The notes: generated from the sequence alone by a model not told the origin. DNA of 64,000 nt from Octopus bimaculoides (GCF_001194135.2 NC_068982.1:182364908-182428907); one strand, 5' to 3'; positions 26,306 to 39,916 are shown, counted from the stretch's first letter. Translations and numbers: made by a program.

Positions 26306-28164
26306 TTACTATTAAGCCCTTTATTAATCTCGGTATATCGATTGTACATTTAATGAGTTCAAAACAGTTGTTGGTTGAAGAATAATAGGAACCTGGAAGC
26401 AGTTTTCACTTTTGATGCTTATAACTGTATCAATTTTCCTCTGGCCCTCTGTATATAAATTAAGCTAAATAGATACTGTAGGCATTCGTGCTATGTTTGC
26501 TTTATACAATTTCAGCGTAGAGCGAAGTAGTAGAGATCAATTGATAAACCCGGTATAACAGGGTTCTTCATAGCACTAGCTTTAAATACAATTACACTCT
26601 GAACCGTTAACAGTAATGTAAATGGTTACTAGTGAGATGGCAATGATATAGAAATTATAGTCTCTATCATCAGACTGTTGATATCAGAAACCAAATTGTT
26701 TAAACACAGGCAGCTGTTAATTACTGTCCAGCGTGTCTGTTTAATTATAATGATTTTTACATGTATTTTATAGGTTCAAACCTGAATATTTACTCTGCAG
26801 CATATCACAGCATCAAAAACAAACGCGGCGTAGCCATGAGTAGTATGTAAATATGTATAGAAAGACAGATATGTTTGTATGTATATGAATATATAGACAT
26901 ACTTAAACGGACTAACACATTGCACACACATAGATACTCACGCATGTACTCATACATATTCACACATATTCATATGCATATATAATGCATGTATGTGTTT
27001 TTGCGTGCATGTGTGAGTTTTGTGTTATAAAGAATCTGCTGCATTGAAATTAGGAAGTATGTATTTGTCAACCGTATAAACTGTAACATAAGGGCAAAAT
27101 AACATAAGAAATAAAGTGAGCAAAATAAGGTTTCAAAATATTGTAAGAGAAACGGTAGTGGAAGGCATTTAAAGAAAATACCAAATGTAAATCAACACAC
27201 TAATTGATCTTCTAAAATATTTTAAACACATAAACATGAGTGTGCGGGTATGCTTTTGTGTGCACGCGTGCATGTTTTGTGCAAATTGCTTATAAATGTA
27301 TAACAGGAGTTTATCGATTGTAACTGATTCTGTTTTAAAGAAGTTGCTGTCATATTTAACAATGCTTATCAAACCAATATTAACAATATAGATTATTTAA
27401 ATTATTATCAAATATTTATAAATCTACTGTACATCATAGCAATAAATACTCCTCACGTTGATGTTTCCTTAATCTGTTGTGTCTAAATAATATGTGGCTG
27501 TTCATTTTTTTAGAATTATTTCTTTTGTTAATTATTTGTTCGTTGTCTAGTTTAATATAAGTTGATATAAGCTTTATAACGATAATTATCAAAATCATAC
27601 ATATAACATCCTGTAACATGCCAACATTCCATTGATTTTCACTTGTCATATTTGTTGATGTCACCACAGAAAAGAGTTTTAATGAGTTTCACTATAATAA
27701 AAAACATTCATACAAAATGACTTGGTTTTCACTCTTCAGTCAAGCCCTTATGTGATGACAACCTACTAGATGTATCAGTCTCATCGCCATAAGGTATTGT
27801 CTACAGCCTTATATTAGAAAGAAAAAAAGCAGTACATAATGAAGCCACTCATTTCTTAAAGAAAAGGATGATAACAGTTGGAATGACTTTCATTTTTGTT
27901 TATCTCGATCAGGGCATAGTTGTGGATAAACATCAACAAAAGAGTTTCGTAATAGCCTCTGGAAGTTTATATAATTTCCACAAACAGACATCAATGTATG
28001 TGTAAGAAACTCCGTTTGCAACCACGTTGTTTTCGCTTCGGAACCACTTCTCGGCACCATGGGCAATAGTCTTCTTGCCCAGGTCGACCAATAGCCTTCT
28101 GAGGGAAATTGGAGGACGTAAAATGTGTGGAAGAGCGTCATTTAAATATTTATGTATATCTCTA

Positions 28165-28360
28165 TATGTGTGTCTTTGTGTCTATTTGCCTTCCACTACC
28201 GATTTACTACTGATGTTGGGTTGTTTTTAAGTCCATAACTTATACGGGTTGGCCCAATACCCGATAGAATAAGCACCAGATTTAAAATAAGTACAAGAAT
28301 CGATTTGCTTCACAAAACCCTTCAAGGCGGCACCTCAAATTGGCCGCAGTCCAATGAGTG
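28165..28360 (+). mobile_element. SINE family 1, degenerate 3' half
   Basis: Diverged match to 7860-8040 (...CCTTCAAGGCGGCACCTCAAATTGGCCGCAGTCCAATG). Confidence 0.65.
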
Positions 28361-29517
28361 TGGCAAAAGGTTTATATAAAATAAGTTACACGTGTTGCCA
28401 TACGAAATTTGGAACGATTGAAGAAACAAAGCAAGCCTAACTTCTTTAATGTTCACTATATATAATTTTTTACATGCACCAACCTGATTTTCTGGCAATT
28501 GTATTATTTTTTTCTGCTATCACTCAATTCTTTTCAGCTGCTACATTTTCATTGCAGGCCTTTCCTATGTGATCTGATATCATGAACTATTAATTACAGA
28601 CCGGCTGGTGAGAGATTTTGAGACCAATATTCAGATAATTGTATTTGGGAACAATGAAAATGAAATTTGCGCATATTTCATTTTGTAGGAAGCAAATTGT
28701 ATTAGCCTAACAGATCCATAATTTCCTCGAAGAAACCCTTAATAGATTCTGCTAATATGAAATCTAATTTGCACTTCGGAAGCAACATGTCAATGCAATG
28801 ATAACAGGGTTTAATGAATTTCATAGGATGAAAATCATTCTTTGATGTGATCATTATGTTGAGCCTTTTGTCGGAACATATGCACAAATTAAAGACGATG
28901 CTAGAAATATCAGATAGACCCCATTCGATACGGAGACCTAATTAATAATATTTACAGCAAATAATTCAATTAAAGAGAAAGCCTTTGCATCAAGACATTC
29001 TCAACAGAATACAGATTTCTGCCGGTATTTAGCATTAATTCTCCTGATCATGTACTCTTCAGAATTACAATCTATATATGAAATTACTATATGCTATCGA
29101 TTTTATCGATCTAACAATGTGGGCGTTCCGCATAGAAACCTTTAATATTATGTTATTTTAAAGACATATTTACCATAGAATATGTGAAGTCTACAAAGCC
29201 GAAAATATTAAAAAAATTCTCTGTTATGGCTTGTTAGATGCAAAAAATTCTAGGTCATTCAACGATTAATGTTTTTTGTACAAAACAGAAGCGTTTTTAT
29301 TTAGATGTAATTTCGAATTAGCTTAACTACATCAATAAACTGCGAATTAAAATGTTGTATCAGCATTCATACATTTTAAGTTTAAATCCATGAATGATTA
29401 GAATTTGTATACTCGTCGATATACTGGACCAAACATAGAGAATAAGTCGACTCCATGGTTACAAAAAACACAAATTCGGCCAAAAAAAAAGCTTTTCTTG
29501 TTTTAACTACTTTTTAC

Positions 29518-29592
<75 letters not shown>
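29518..29592. repeat. (ATT)n microsatellite
   Basis: Directly visible. Confidence 0.97.
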
Positions 29593-29593
<1 letters not shown>

Positions 29594-29696
29594 TTCACTA
29601 AGGGTGACTTTGCTTTTTATTATTTCGTGGTCTATGAAATGAGTACCAATCAAGTGCTAGGGTCGATTTAATCGACTTTATTATTATTATTATTAT

Positions 29697-30530
29697 TTTA
29701 TGTTTGACTTTTGTTTTGCATTTGTACAAGTTGGATCCAAGTCTCACCCAGAGACCTCAAGAGACAACAAGTTAGAAGTTCATGTAGGTGTTATGCCTAG
29801 GGTACCATATATTTGGATTTATACAGTTTTGTTCTAGCGAATGCTTAAGAAACCATAAGAAAATTATGTGTTTGTTTTAAAATTTGAGATCACATAGACA
29901 GTATTTTACGTAGGATATGGGCAGTTCCCATGAGCACTATCTTTTGAACTTCAGCCATTTTGGGGGTTCCTGGTATCTGAGCTAGGTAGTAATCAGCCCG
30001 TTTCGCTGTCATTCCCANNNNNNNNNNNNNNNNNNNNNNNNNNNNNNNNNNNNNNNNNNNNNNNNNNNNNNNNNNNNNNNNNNNNNNNNNNNNNNNNNNN
30101 NNNNNNNNNNNNNNNNNNNNNNNNNNNNNNNNNNNNNNNNNNNNNNNNNNNNNNNNNNNNNNNNNNNNNNNNNNNNNNNNNNNNNNNNNNNNNNNNNNNN
30201 NNNNNNNNNNNNNNNNNNNNNNNNNNNNNNNNNNNNNNNNNNNNNNNNNNNNNNNNNNNNNNNNNNNNNNNNNNNNNNNNNNNNNNNNNNNNNNNNNNNN
30301 NNNNNNNNNNNNNNNNNNNNNNNNNNNNNNNNNNNNNNNNNNNNNNNNNNNNNNNNNNNNNNNNNNNNNNNNNNNNNNNNNNNNNNNNNNNNNNNNNNNN
30401 NNNNNNNNNNTGTTGTTGGCATATACGACATAATGGGGAGCTGCTGTTCTTTAATATGTTGGCCTGGTAGTTCTTTGTAGGTAGGCATTGATCTTGGGCT
30501 GCTATGATAAACTCCTCTGTTTCTGATGTC
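29697..30530 (-). mobile_element. R4/Dong-clade RLE non-LTR retrotransposon, 3' fragment (subfamily A), spanning a gap
   Basis: Minus strand: SETEEFIIAAQDQCLPTKNYQANILKNSSSPLCRICQQ, gap, GMTAKRADYYLAQIPGTPKMAEVQKIVLMGTAHILRKILSM*, then a 3' UTR ending in (AAT)n. Confidence 0.88.
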
Positions 30531-31234
30531 CGGAAATTGCTGACTTGTGGGGTTATGTTGAACAGCTGCTGTCACTTGCAGAATGGATCCGTCTGTCGGC
30601 CGAGCCTGTAATGAGGATTACACCGCCGCCCTCCTTCAATCGGTTAGGCAAGGCAGTTTTGATTTGTCTGTTTTGTTACTGAGTATGATACTTTCTTGTT
30701 TTCATGTTTTGAGACAAATTTGAACATCCAATCCTCCTATATATATGAGATAATATATTGTATGTCCATAGAACATGTACAGCGATTGTGTTCAACATAT
30801 GGAGTCAGATGCAAAGAAGATTAACTATTTCCCGAAAGAATATCCCCGTTATTTCACACATAGGACAGGCTTTAATTATTTTCGCTTTGCTTAGGAATTA
30901 TATTATTTTATTTTTTTTTACGAATTTGGAAACGTCATGGCTCAAGTATTTCATTCATATTTGTGTAGTTTACTTCCATTCTTATTATGTTTCACGTATC
31001 TAAAAGTATAGAACAGTATAACATACGTTTCAGTAGTTAATGCTAGCCATTTGAAGCGTTGTTTCCCCGATTTTACCATCATTTCTAATCGCTCAGTTCA
31101 GCAGAAACTACTGTATGCAACATGTATGCAATATCAAAAACATTGCTGTTATTATAGTAACATACATTAGCTCCCAAGCTGTATAATCAGTCTGTCGTAC
31201 TGTAACAATATTAGACTTTATAATCTGCCGGCGA

Positions 31235-32620
31235 CCGTGTTAGTTGGTCGTCAATTATGAAATTTGTAGAAAACAAAAAAGAAAGTTTTCTAATGTTTTA
31301 TAAATGCAAGGAATAGTTTTATTCATCAAAGTATGAACCCATATTGTCAAAATACTTTTGCCATTTCAGCGGTAACTTATCCAGCCCGGAAATATAAAAG
31401 CCTGGCAATCTAGAGTCAATAAAATCTTGGAAGGCCTGTTTTACAGCATCGTCGGAAATAAACTGTTTTCCTATCAAAAAGTTATCCAAATTCTGGAAGA
31501 AGTGGTAGCCAGTAGGGACAAGATCAGGAGCGTATGGTGGATGATATTTTCACCAATGTCAATTTTGCGATGTGTGGTCGGGATTTGTCTTGCAATAAAA
31601 TTGAAGTGGATCTGTTGATTAATCTAAGTTGTTAATGTTTTTGTAAGTTTATGCATCATACGGTCCACTTGGCTGTAGTATACTTCGACCGTAGTTTATG
31701 AGCCAGGTTTAATGAAATCATAATGGATCACGCATATGTCAGACCACCAAACACACACCACGGGCATCTTTTGATGAGTTTTGCTTTTTGGACTGTGTTT
31801 CGGTGGCTCGTCTTTGTCCAACTATTTCGCTGAACGTTTACAGTTGTTGTATTGGATCCATTTCTCAACACTTGTTACAATTCGATTCAAAAATGATTCA
31901 ATTTTGTGACTAGAAAGAAATGCAGACTTCCAAACGTTGGTGTTTCTCATTTTCATTGAGTCCATGTAGAACACACTTATCCAAATGTTTCACTTTACCA
32001 ATTTGAACTAGGTGAGTCAATATTATTTGCTTGCTAACACTAAATAACAACGATAATTGAAGAGTACTTTGAAATGGATCTGACTCGACCGTGACTTTCA
32101 GTTCGACATTATCCACTTTTGTTTCTGGTCGAACGCGTTGCTCATTTGTGAGGTCAAAGTTACCAGAACGAAATTTTGCAAATCAATTTGATACTCTCTG
32201 CTGCGTAATAACATTGGAAAGAAATACTCCATTAATATTCCGAACGGTGTGTGATATTGTATTTCCAAGAAAGAACTCATATTTCAAAACTGCACGAATT
32301 TCCGACTTATCCATCTCTAAACAAAAATAGCAAAGAACGATTTATAAATACTTTATGAAGCGCAAAATGAGTTAGAATTTAAAAAAATAGATGCGTGAGC
32401 TTTGTAACAAAGAATAGAAATTGTCAAAATATAACAATGGCGCAAAATGAGCAGCTGTCAAAGTTTATTAAATACCTTACTACAAAAGAATGAAAGACTA
32501 CAAATTTATCAGGCGATCGCAGTCGAGATCACCTCATAAGCATTGTATACCAACTATTGAGTACGTTGAAACCATGTAAAACGCACAGAGCATCAATTTT
32601 GAATCGCATATATGATTATT
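31235..32620 (-). mobile_element. Degraded mariner (DD34D, Mos1/Hsmar1-like)
   Basis: ATG at 32314: MDKSEIRAVLKYEF...FRSGNFDLTNEQRVRPETKVDNVELKVTVESDP...LDKCVLHGLNENEKHQRLEVC; C-terminus LDKLPLKWQKYFDNMGSYFDE*. Outer boundaries approximate. Confidence 0.88.
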
Positions 32621-32624
32621 ATTG

Positions 32625-32718
32625 TCTCGGCGGAATTTGAACTCAGAACGTAATGACAGAAGAAATACCGCTAAGCATTTCATCCGGAGTGTTAACGATT
32701 CTGCCAGCTCGCCGCCTT
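32625..32718 (-). mobile_element. SINE family 2, 5' fragment
   Basis: Reverse complement of the AAGGCGGCGAGCTGGCAGAATCGTT...TTCTGAGTTCAAATTCCGCCGAG head. Confidence 0.8.
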
Positions 32719-33083
32719 CCTATGGTTATATTCTACAACATCATTGATATAAGTGCCGTGACTGCTTTCGTTGTAAGGATAAAAGAAGACAGTGCTTAAT
32801 TCAGTTAGGAAAGGAACTTGCTGGACTTAATACTCAACAAGAATATGACAAACAATCTTCTAGTTCTGCCAACATTTCTCAACCAAACAAGAAAAGAAGA
32901 CGAACTTCAACCTCATTTGAGATTCCTCAGCCAAAAGAAAAGATGAAGATGTTCTTTCTGTGACCCCAAAAAGACAGGAAAATTCATACTACATGTATGA
33001 ATTGTAATACCTATGTTTGCCAAAAACATTCCAATGTTATCTGCATTCACTGCCATGAAGAGCTCAATTCTGTACTTCTGTAA
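32719..33083 (+). mobile_element. piggyBac transposase C-terminal remnant with cysteine-rich domain
   Basis: PMVIFYNIIDISAVTAFVV (piggyBac WPxxxFYxxxDxxxxNA-type block) and, after frameshifts, RCSFCDPK-DRKIHTTCMNCNTYVCQKHSNVICIHC, the C2-C2-CH-C2 pattern of the piggyBac cysteine-rich domain. Confidence 0.85.
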
Positions 33084-33104
33084 TTTCTTTTAATTTGTGA
33101 TATA

Positions 33105-33420
33105 TTCTTCTTCTTCTTCTTCTCCTTCCTCTTCCTCATCCACTTCTCGTTCTTTCCCTTCTGCTTCCTCTTCCTTTTTTCCTTCTAATTCTTCTTCTTC
33201 CTCTTCCTAATTCATTCCCCCTTCCTCCTCCTCCCGTTCTTCTTCTTCTTCTTCTTCTTCTTCTTTTTCTTCTTCTTCTTCTTCTTCTTCTTCTTCTTCT
33301 TCTTCTTCTCTTCTTTACTATTGTCGTTGCTGCTGCTGCTGCTGCTAGTCCCGCTGCAGCTGTTGATTCCCACTTATCTTCTCTTTGAACTCTCCTTCCT
33401 AGTCTTTTCTCACCTCCTCA
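33105..33420. repeat. (TCT)n-rich polypyrimidine low-complexity tract with (GCT)n
   Basis: Directly visible. Confidence 0.9.
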
Positions 33421-33614
33421 ATATGAGATCTTACATCTTTATATTACTTCCTTTCCCTTAAATTGTGCTTTACGCGTTTTGTTTCCTATATCGCGTTTTA
33501 TATCCTTTAAAATCCAAGGAACTGTTCACTAAGAGGAATTGCAAGCCTACAATGGAAGAAGTATAATGTATACATATGAAACACTACCACCACCACCTCA
33601 GAAAATCTTAAATA

Positions 33615-33820
33615 TAAAACAAAAACAAGTACCAGTTGAGCTCTGGGGTCGATGTAATCGACAAATCCGCTCCCCACCCCGGGAATTCATGCCTTGTGCC
33701 TATATTAGAAAAAACTATATAATGCGTTGAGCTGGCAGAATCCTTAGCACGCCGGGCAAAATGTTTAGTGACATTTCACCCGTCATTGCATTCTGAGTTC
33801 AAATTCCGCCGAGGTCGTCT
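33615..33820 (+). mobile_element. SINE family 2 tail-to-head junction (3' half of one copy plus 5' half of the next)
   Basis: 3' half 33615-33720 directly followed by head TTGAGCTGGCAGAATCC...GTTCAAATTCCGCCGAGGTCG. Confidence 0.8.
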
Positions 33821-34740
33821 AAAACAATCAGTTACAAATCATTAAAAAATGCGAGCATAAAAAGGAACAGCATAAATCTTCGGAAAACAAATTACTTAAA
33901 AGAAACGGCACGTGTAGAATTTTATCCTAATACGATGGAAAGAGAAGTCACCAAGTTCTGAAATACTGACATATATTAAGCAGATCCTACGAATGAAGGA
34001 AAGTAGACTCAAAGTATTGTGATCGTGCAGGTTCAATATAATGAATAAGAATGAATAAGGTTGATATAACGAATAAGAATACATTAACCTCGTTTAGTTT
34101 GAGATGAAATCACTTCGTAGAGAGAAGTTTTTAATGAAGAGAGAGTGTATAACGACTGGCAATAAAAAAAGATGTGAGCTTTCAGAGAGAGGGCATTGTG
34201 CCGCTATTATTGAATATTAATAGAAAGTAGGCAGCATTATCTTTATCCAGATATTGTTCCAGTGTCACCATGTTCTGAATCATGACAATACACATGCACA
34301 TAGTCAGATTGATCACGTATAAACAACTGAATATGATTGTGTAATTGGTACACAGTAAAGAATGCAGTTTCCTACCCATACGACACCCGCACAATATGCT
34401 AATATATACCGCACCACCATTACGCTATCAAAGTACGCCGGAAATCACAAAGGTAATGGCGAACCATAAAGGTTCTGACAATTTCCAATAAACAGAACGC
34501 AGCCCCTTAATACTATACGCTTTGGGAATATGAGGATAATATATTTACAAACCTCCTCCAAATAATCGCTTACAGAACAGGGACAAAAGAACACTACTAT
34601 TTACAGTGCAATTTTATATAGAGTAACCGAGGATTAATGTACAATATGCATAAAATAGTAAACCAAGCATTCAACATATTATGTTGACGACTTAATTACA
34701 AGCGAGAAGTCTAAAACAAATACTACAATAAATAACCATA

Positions 34741-34960
34741 ATATTCTTTTCTAATCTAGGCAACAGGCCCTAAATTTTGGGGGAAGGGGGCCAGTCGATT
34801 AGATCGACTCCAATACGCAACTGGTTCTTAATTTATAGACCCCGAAAGGAAGAAAGGTAAAATCGGCCTCGGCGAATTTTGAACTCAGAACGTAGATACA
34901 AACGAAATACCACTACGCATTTCGCTCGGCATGCTAACGTTTCTGCCAGCTCGCCGGCTT
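34741..34960 (-). mobile_element. SINE family 2, full length
   Basis: Reverse complement of the 26093-type sequence, head to tail. Confidence 0.85.
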
Positions 34961-34979
34961 TCCCAAATTTCAATATATA

Positions 34980-35515
34980 TCAAGTCATCCCATAAGTTCT
35001 GTTCGATTTTACCTTTTTTAAAAATTGAATGAAATTTAATAGCATTTTAGAATGTCTAATGGAATTAAAAATTATTTTTGTGCATTTGTGTACATTTAAA
35101 CTAATTAAATATTATTTTACAGAATAATAGAATTAAACTTTCTTCGATTAAAACTCTTTCTTACATGGAAGTATCCGAAGAGCATTTAAGGCACATAATG
35201 CTTTATGAATACAAAAAAAGAAAAAAAGAAAACTCTGCAGCCGAAGCAACTCGAAACATACACTCAATTTATGGGAAAGAATGCTTGAATGAAAGAACTT
35301 GCAGAAGATGGTCTGTAAAATTCAGAAGTGGAGATTTCAGCCTTGAAGACGAAGATCAAACAGGACGTCCAGTTGAGTTCGATGAAAAGCTCCTTGAGGC
35401 ATTACTTGAAGAAAATCCTGCATTATCAGTTGAAGAAGTGGCAATAAAGTGTAGTACAAACCATACAACTGTTCATCGTCATCTTCAACAACTTCAAAAG
35501 GTTCCTGAGGGTGAT
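34980..35515 (+). mobile_element. Mariner 5' part: TIR plus open transposase N-terminus (ORF 35165-35554), truncated before the catalytic domain
   Basis: TA-TCAAGTCATCCCATAAGTTCTG TIR; MEVSEEHLRHIMLYEY...FRSGDFSLEDEDQTGRPVEFDEKLLEALLEENP...TVHRHLQQL. Confidence 0.9.
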
Positions 35516-36282
35516 AAATTGAATATTAATTTCAATTTAAAGCCAGTGGTCTAGCATATAAAAGTTTGATAATTCAGAAAAAATGCATTACATGCGTATA
35601 AGAAGGGATGACCACTAATTGGACATCCAATATGCTAGAAAGAGGTCATGAACGACTCAACCACAAAAGAAAAATCATGTTCTCCAGAAAAATTTCAGCA
35701 AAATACCAGAGCTTAGGCGGGCAGGACAAAATGAAAATATATAAAAAATAAACAATTAATTGTGTATCCGTTTCGCCATCAACTATTTTACTTACGTAAA
35801 ATCATCCGTGGTTCTTCAGTACAATCGTTCTAAAATCAATATAATTTGCAGAACCCTACACGAATTGCCTTCATAAAATTTGACGTGTGTATAGTTCTAC
35901 CGATTACATTGGGGTCATTTTCAAAATGTCTCAGCTCTCCACACCAGGACCCATCTTTTACTTGTAAGAATATCTATTAATGCCTATTAGCCTACTCAAT
36001 TCTTCATAGTATGTATAAGTTAACCTATACATAGACACATATTTCCACACACATGCACACACACACATACATTTGCGCACAAACAGATATATGTGTGTGT
36101 GCGTGTGTGTGTAGATGTGTTGGGGTATTCGCACTGTTTATAATGTCTGTATTTACTCTGGATTTTCACGGGACCGCGGGAAGCTGAACACATCGAATTT
36201 CTGAGTGCTAGGAATGGAAAACACGAGGCAGCAATGTACCGTTTGATGTACAAGGCTAAAGGTTGGGCTCTGTTATTTATAT

Positions 36283-36283
36283 T

Positions 36284-36335
<52 letters not shown>

Positions 36336-36465
36336 CATATCTACCTATCTATTCATTTATCTATCTATCTATCTATACACACATATCTATACATTCATGT
36401 AAATATACATACATACATACAGACATACGTACATACATACATACATACATACATACATACATGCA
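36283..36465. repeat. (TCTA)n/(TACA)n tetranucleotide microsatellite
   Basis: Directly visible. Confidence 0.95.
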
Positions 36466-37592
36466 TGTAAACACACACGCACGCACACATAAAGATACAG
36501 GTGCTATGTGTGATTAGTTCTATTTATTTATTTATCTATGAATGATGTGAGCTCGCGTCCTTTGTAAACAATTTCTTTAAACAATTTGCATCAGCTTGAC
36601 CATTTACGTAAGGCAATAATAACCCCATTTGTGATTCAAAATCGATTTTCTGTGCCCTTTACATGGTTTCAAAGTACTCTCTAGTCGGTATACAATACTT
36701 ATGAGCTGATCTCGACTGCGATGGCCTGATAAATTTGTAGTCTTTTATTCTTTAGTGTTTCTCAGATTAAAGCTGGTTGATTTGATAATTGACGTAATCG
36801 GCTCTTGGGTTTATATTGATATTATTTTGAAGAATTTTAGTTATGTGGCTGAAGGGTGTCGAACAATTTATAATATTTGTTTGAATAATTTTTTTTTTTT
36901 TTTAAAGGAGTGAAGGAGAGGAATTGTTTCACGATGCAGGCTAAAATGGTTCTGATAAAGGATTGGTAGCATTAAATTGTATCCATCCCACTGGAACGTA
37001 CTTATTAGGAATTAATGGCTAATCGCTGAGATTCACGCGTACGATATAAAGCTATACAGAAGGCATTTAATGTAAGACCAAAAGGGATAGTGTTAATTAA
37101 CATTTATTCAGATATAACACATACGATATAGAAGTGATATTAGTATAAATCGGTAACATTTCTGATTGGACCGCTATGAGTACAAATTTTGTCTCGTGGG
37201 ATATAGTGCTTCATACAGACAGTAACCCTGTATAAATTATCTTAAGTTAGTTTCCAAATTATGTAAAGTTTTACTCCGATGCATATACGGCTGTGCCGTT
37301 CATGCATTGGAGTGGAAATTTCACTAACTACTTTTGCAAGTAGTACGGCATCATCCATACTTCCCCTAGGAAATCTTATTAGATCGAAATATATCCAGAT
37401 TTGTCTCCTTTATATGTTGAAATAATTAAAATACTTTTAATTATCCTTTTAATATCCATTGTGATAAAACATAACAGCATTTACTTGGTTAGTACATATC
37501 AACTTAATAGTGTTTAACTCTAAGAGTTAAATAATTAAATAACATACCTAACTCTCACAAATACACTAGTGTACACGCAGAAACACACAGAA

Positions 37593-37624
<32 letters not shown>

Positions 37625-38854
37625 CACACACTCACACACAGAGTCACTCACACGTATATCTTTAACATCGTTATGTATTTTACCTTTAGGTAATATAGAA
37701 GGTTTGCAGAATAAAGTATCGACCCAATGGGGCACCTAAACCATTAATGTTTGGGATATATTGAAAAGCTTTCAACACCGATTATATTCACGTATTCATA
37801 TAACTAACTTACTACAAAAGCAACATGGTATATGAACGAGCGCAGCACATGGAAGGCAATGGTTTGCTAATGATGTCTTCTGTTCAGGAGTTTCTGAAAA
37901 TGTTAAATGACAGTCATTTATTAGTGATGTAAAGTATAGATGCTTTTAGGGTAATTGGTGAAGTTAAACATTTCTTAAGTCTCCTATATTGTTCTTGTTC
38001 CCAAACTGCTTGCTAGTTTGAAGTAGTCATTAGTTAACCATGAATAATTTAACTATGGGAGAATAGTAACAATATAAACATGTTTTGGTATTTAATAACT
38101 TTGTTCATTTAATATTCAGACCATTGGGTCTGATCGAGTCGATAGCACAGTTAAGAGGTTACTATAATGGAGATGCTATGATTAGTGATCGCGCAGCCTG
38201 TAGGCTTTAGTATATGTAGCATTAAGGAAAGGATCAAGTAGTCAAACACCAATGGCAGATTATAACTATCATTCAGGGAAGAGAGTCACTTTCTATCTGA
38301 TTGCTCCGTTCTGCTGCAATAGACCGTGTAAATCAACGAACTATAAAGCAAAAGTGATTCTGCCTTTCCCAGCAGTGAATTAGTGATGCATAAAACATAA
38401 ATCTTCTTAAATCGACAGCTATATCATCTAAGCCAGAATGTTATATCGTAATATCTTTTATGTTTAGAAAGTTGGCTTCAATTTATAGTTATGTATAGAA
38501 ATTATACCCACTGAAATCTGTATATCATAATCCGTATTTATCCGCCCACTTCGCTATTCCATCTAAAAATTCAAACCATTATCTTCTCGTATACCAGTAT
38601 TTCATATCAACTGTTAAAACCCTTATCTTCTCTATATAGCTTTCAAGGTCGGCGAATACATTTTTCAGAACTTGGTAATTATTCACATGTTACTCTTATA
38701 TTTATAAATTACTTCAGAAACTTTATTAAACGCATTGTAGTTTACTAGGAGTTAGTAACCACCTTTATTAACTACACATTGTATAGGCAACTAGAATTAT
38801 TGACTAAGGAAGAACTATTTGGAAGTCGCTGAGTTGTTCCAGTTAAATTTCTTA

Positions 38855-39650
38855 TTCGATGGTGAGTTGAAAAGTTCATAGGTTGACTATGAAGGAGTGG
38901 TGCTAGAGCTGTGAAATCGGGCATGCAATAATTTCAGCCTTTGACATCTGACTGTTCACAAAAGACTTCAAAAATAATTACAGTGACTTCTCTTCAAAAT
39001 CGATAAAATTTGTCATAATCGGGTTTTCAAGTACCTACAGAAAAAGGGGTTCATCTCCAAGAACATTCATGCTCACATAGTTGCTACATCAGATGATGGC
39101 CCAGCTTTGTAAACAGAGCAAGAATAGACAGATGAATTTAGGAGGTGAAGGGAGAGTCTTAGAGATGGCCAATGGGTCTGGTCGTCCTGCAGATGCCACC
39201 ACCGAGAAAATCATTGATCGTATTCACCTCATGGTGATGGATGAGAGGCGATTTTCTATAAGTCAAATAACTTACGCTATTAGCATATCCCGTGAGAAAG
39301 TTGAAAATATTCAGCACAGTGTACTTGGAATGATGAGCGTCTTTGTCCGCTAGGTTCCATTTCTTCTGGCATATGATAAGACGTGCACCAGAATGATCAC
39401 ATCACAGGAAGATCTAACATTGTTTAAGGCAGATCCAGCTGATTTCTTTGAATATTTTCTAATCCGGGATGAGTGTTGGGTGTCATCACTTTAGTCAGAG
39501 ACAAAGAAACAATTCATGCAATAGAACCATCTATTGTCACCCGCTCCCAAGAAGAGCGACGTCATTTTTACCTGCAGTGAAGGTGATGGCTTCAGTTTTG
39601 GAGATGCAAAAAGCTTTGTGTCTTAAAAATGGTCACACAATCGCTAGCAG
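38855..39650 (+). mobile_element. Degraded mariner (Hsmar2/irritans-like), 5' two-thirds, cut by a SINE
   Basis: TIR-like GGTGAGTTGAAAAGTTCATAGG; SGRPADATTEKIIDRIHLMVMDERRFSISQITYAISISREKVENI, FLIRDECWV-HH, AVKVMAS. Confidence 0.85.
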
Positions 39651-39815
39651 TATTTCGTCTGTCTTTACATTCAAATTCCACCGAGGTCGACTTTGTCTTT
39701 CATCCTTTCGGGGTCGGTAAATTAATTACCAGTTGCGTACTGGGGCCGATCTAATCGATTGGCCCCTACCCCGAAACTTTCGGGCCGGCCTTGTGCCTGG
39801 AGTAGAAACGATAAT
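39650..39815 (+). mobile_element. SINE family 2, 5'-truncated
   Basis: TAGCAGTATTTCGTCTG...TTCAAATTCCACCGAGGTCGACTTTGTCTTTCATCCTTTCGGGGTCGG...CCTTGTGCCTGGAGTAGAAAC. Confidence 0.85.
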
Positions 39816-39854
39816 ATACTGAAAGCTAGGATGTAGACAAATCATCCAGCGATA

Positions 39855-39916
39855 GAGTAGTCACCCTTGATGAGCTTTAAATCTAAGCGAAACTAGACTA
39901 GTATGTGATCTCACTC
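39855..39916 (+). ncRNA. Minimal type I hammerhead ribozyme-like motif (degenerate), Penelope-associated type
   Basis: (C)UUGAUGA 39866-39873; stem II GCUU/AAGC; GAAA 39889-39892; stem III ACUA/UAGU with 3-nt loop; GUA cleavage triplet 39901-39903; stem I GUCAC/GUGAU. About two changes from canonical. Confidence 0.6.

Noticed and set aside
27740-27793. 54-nt exon candidate with good splice sites
   Set aside because: Stops in all three frames.
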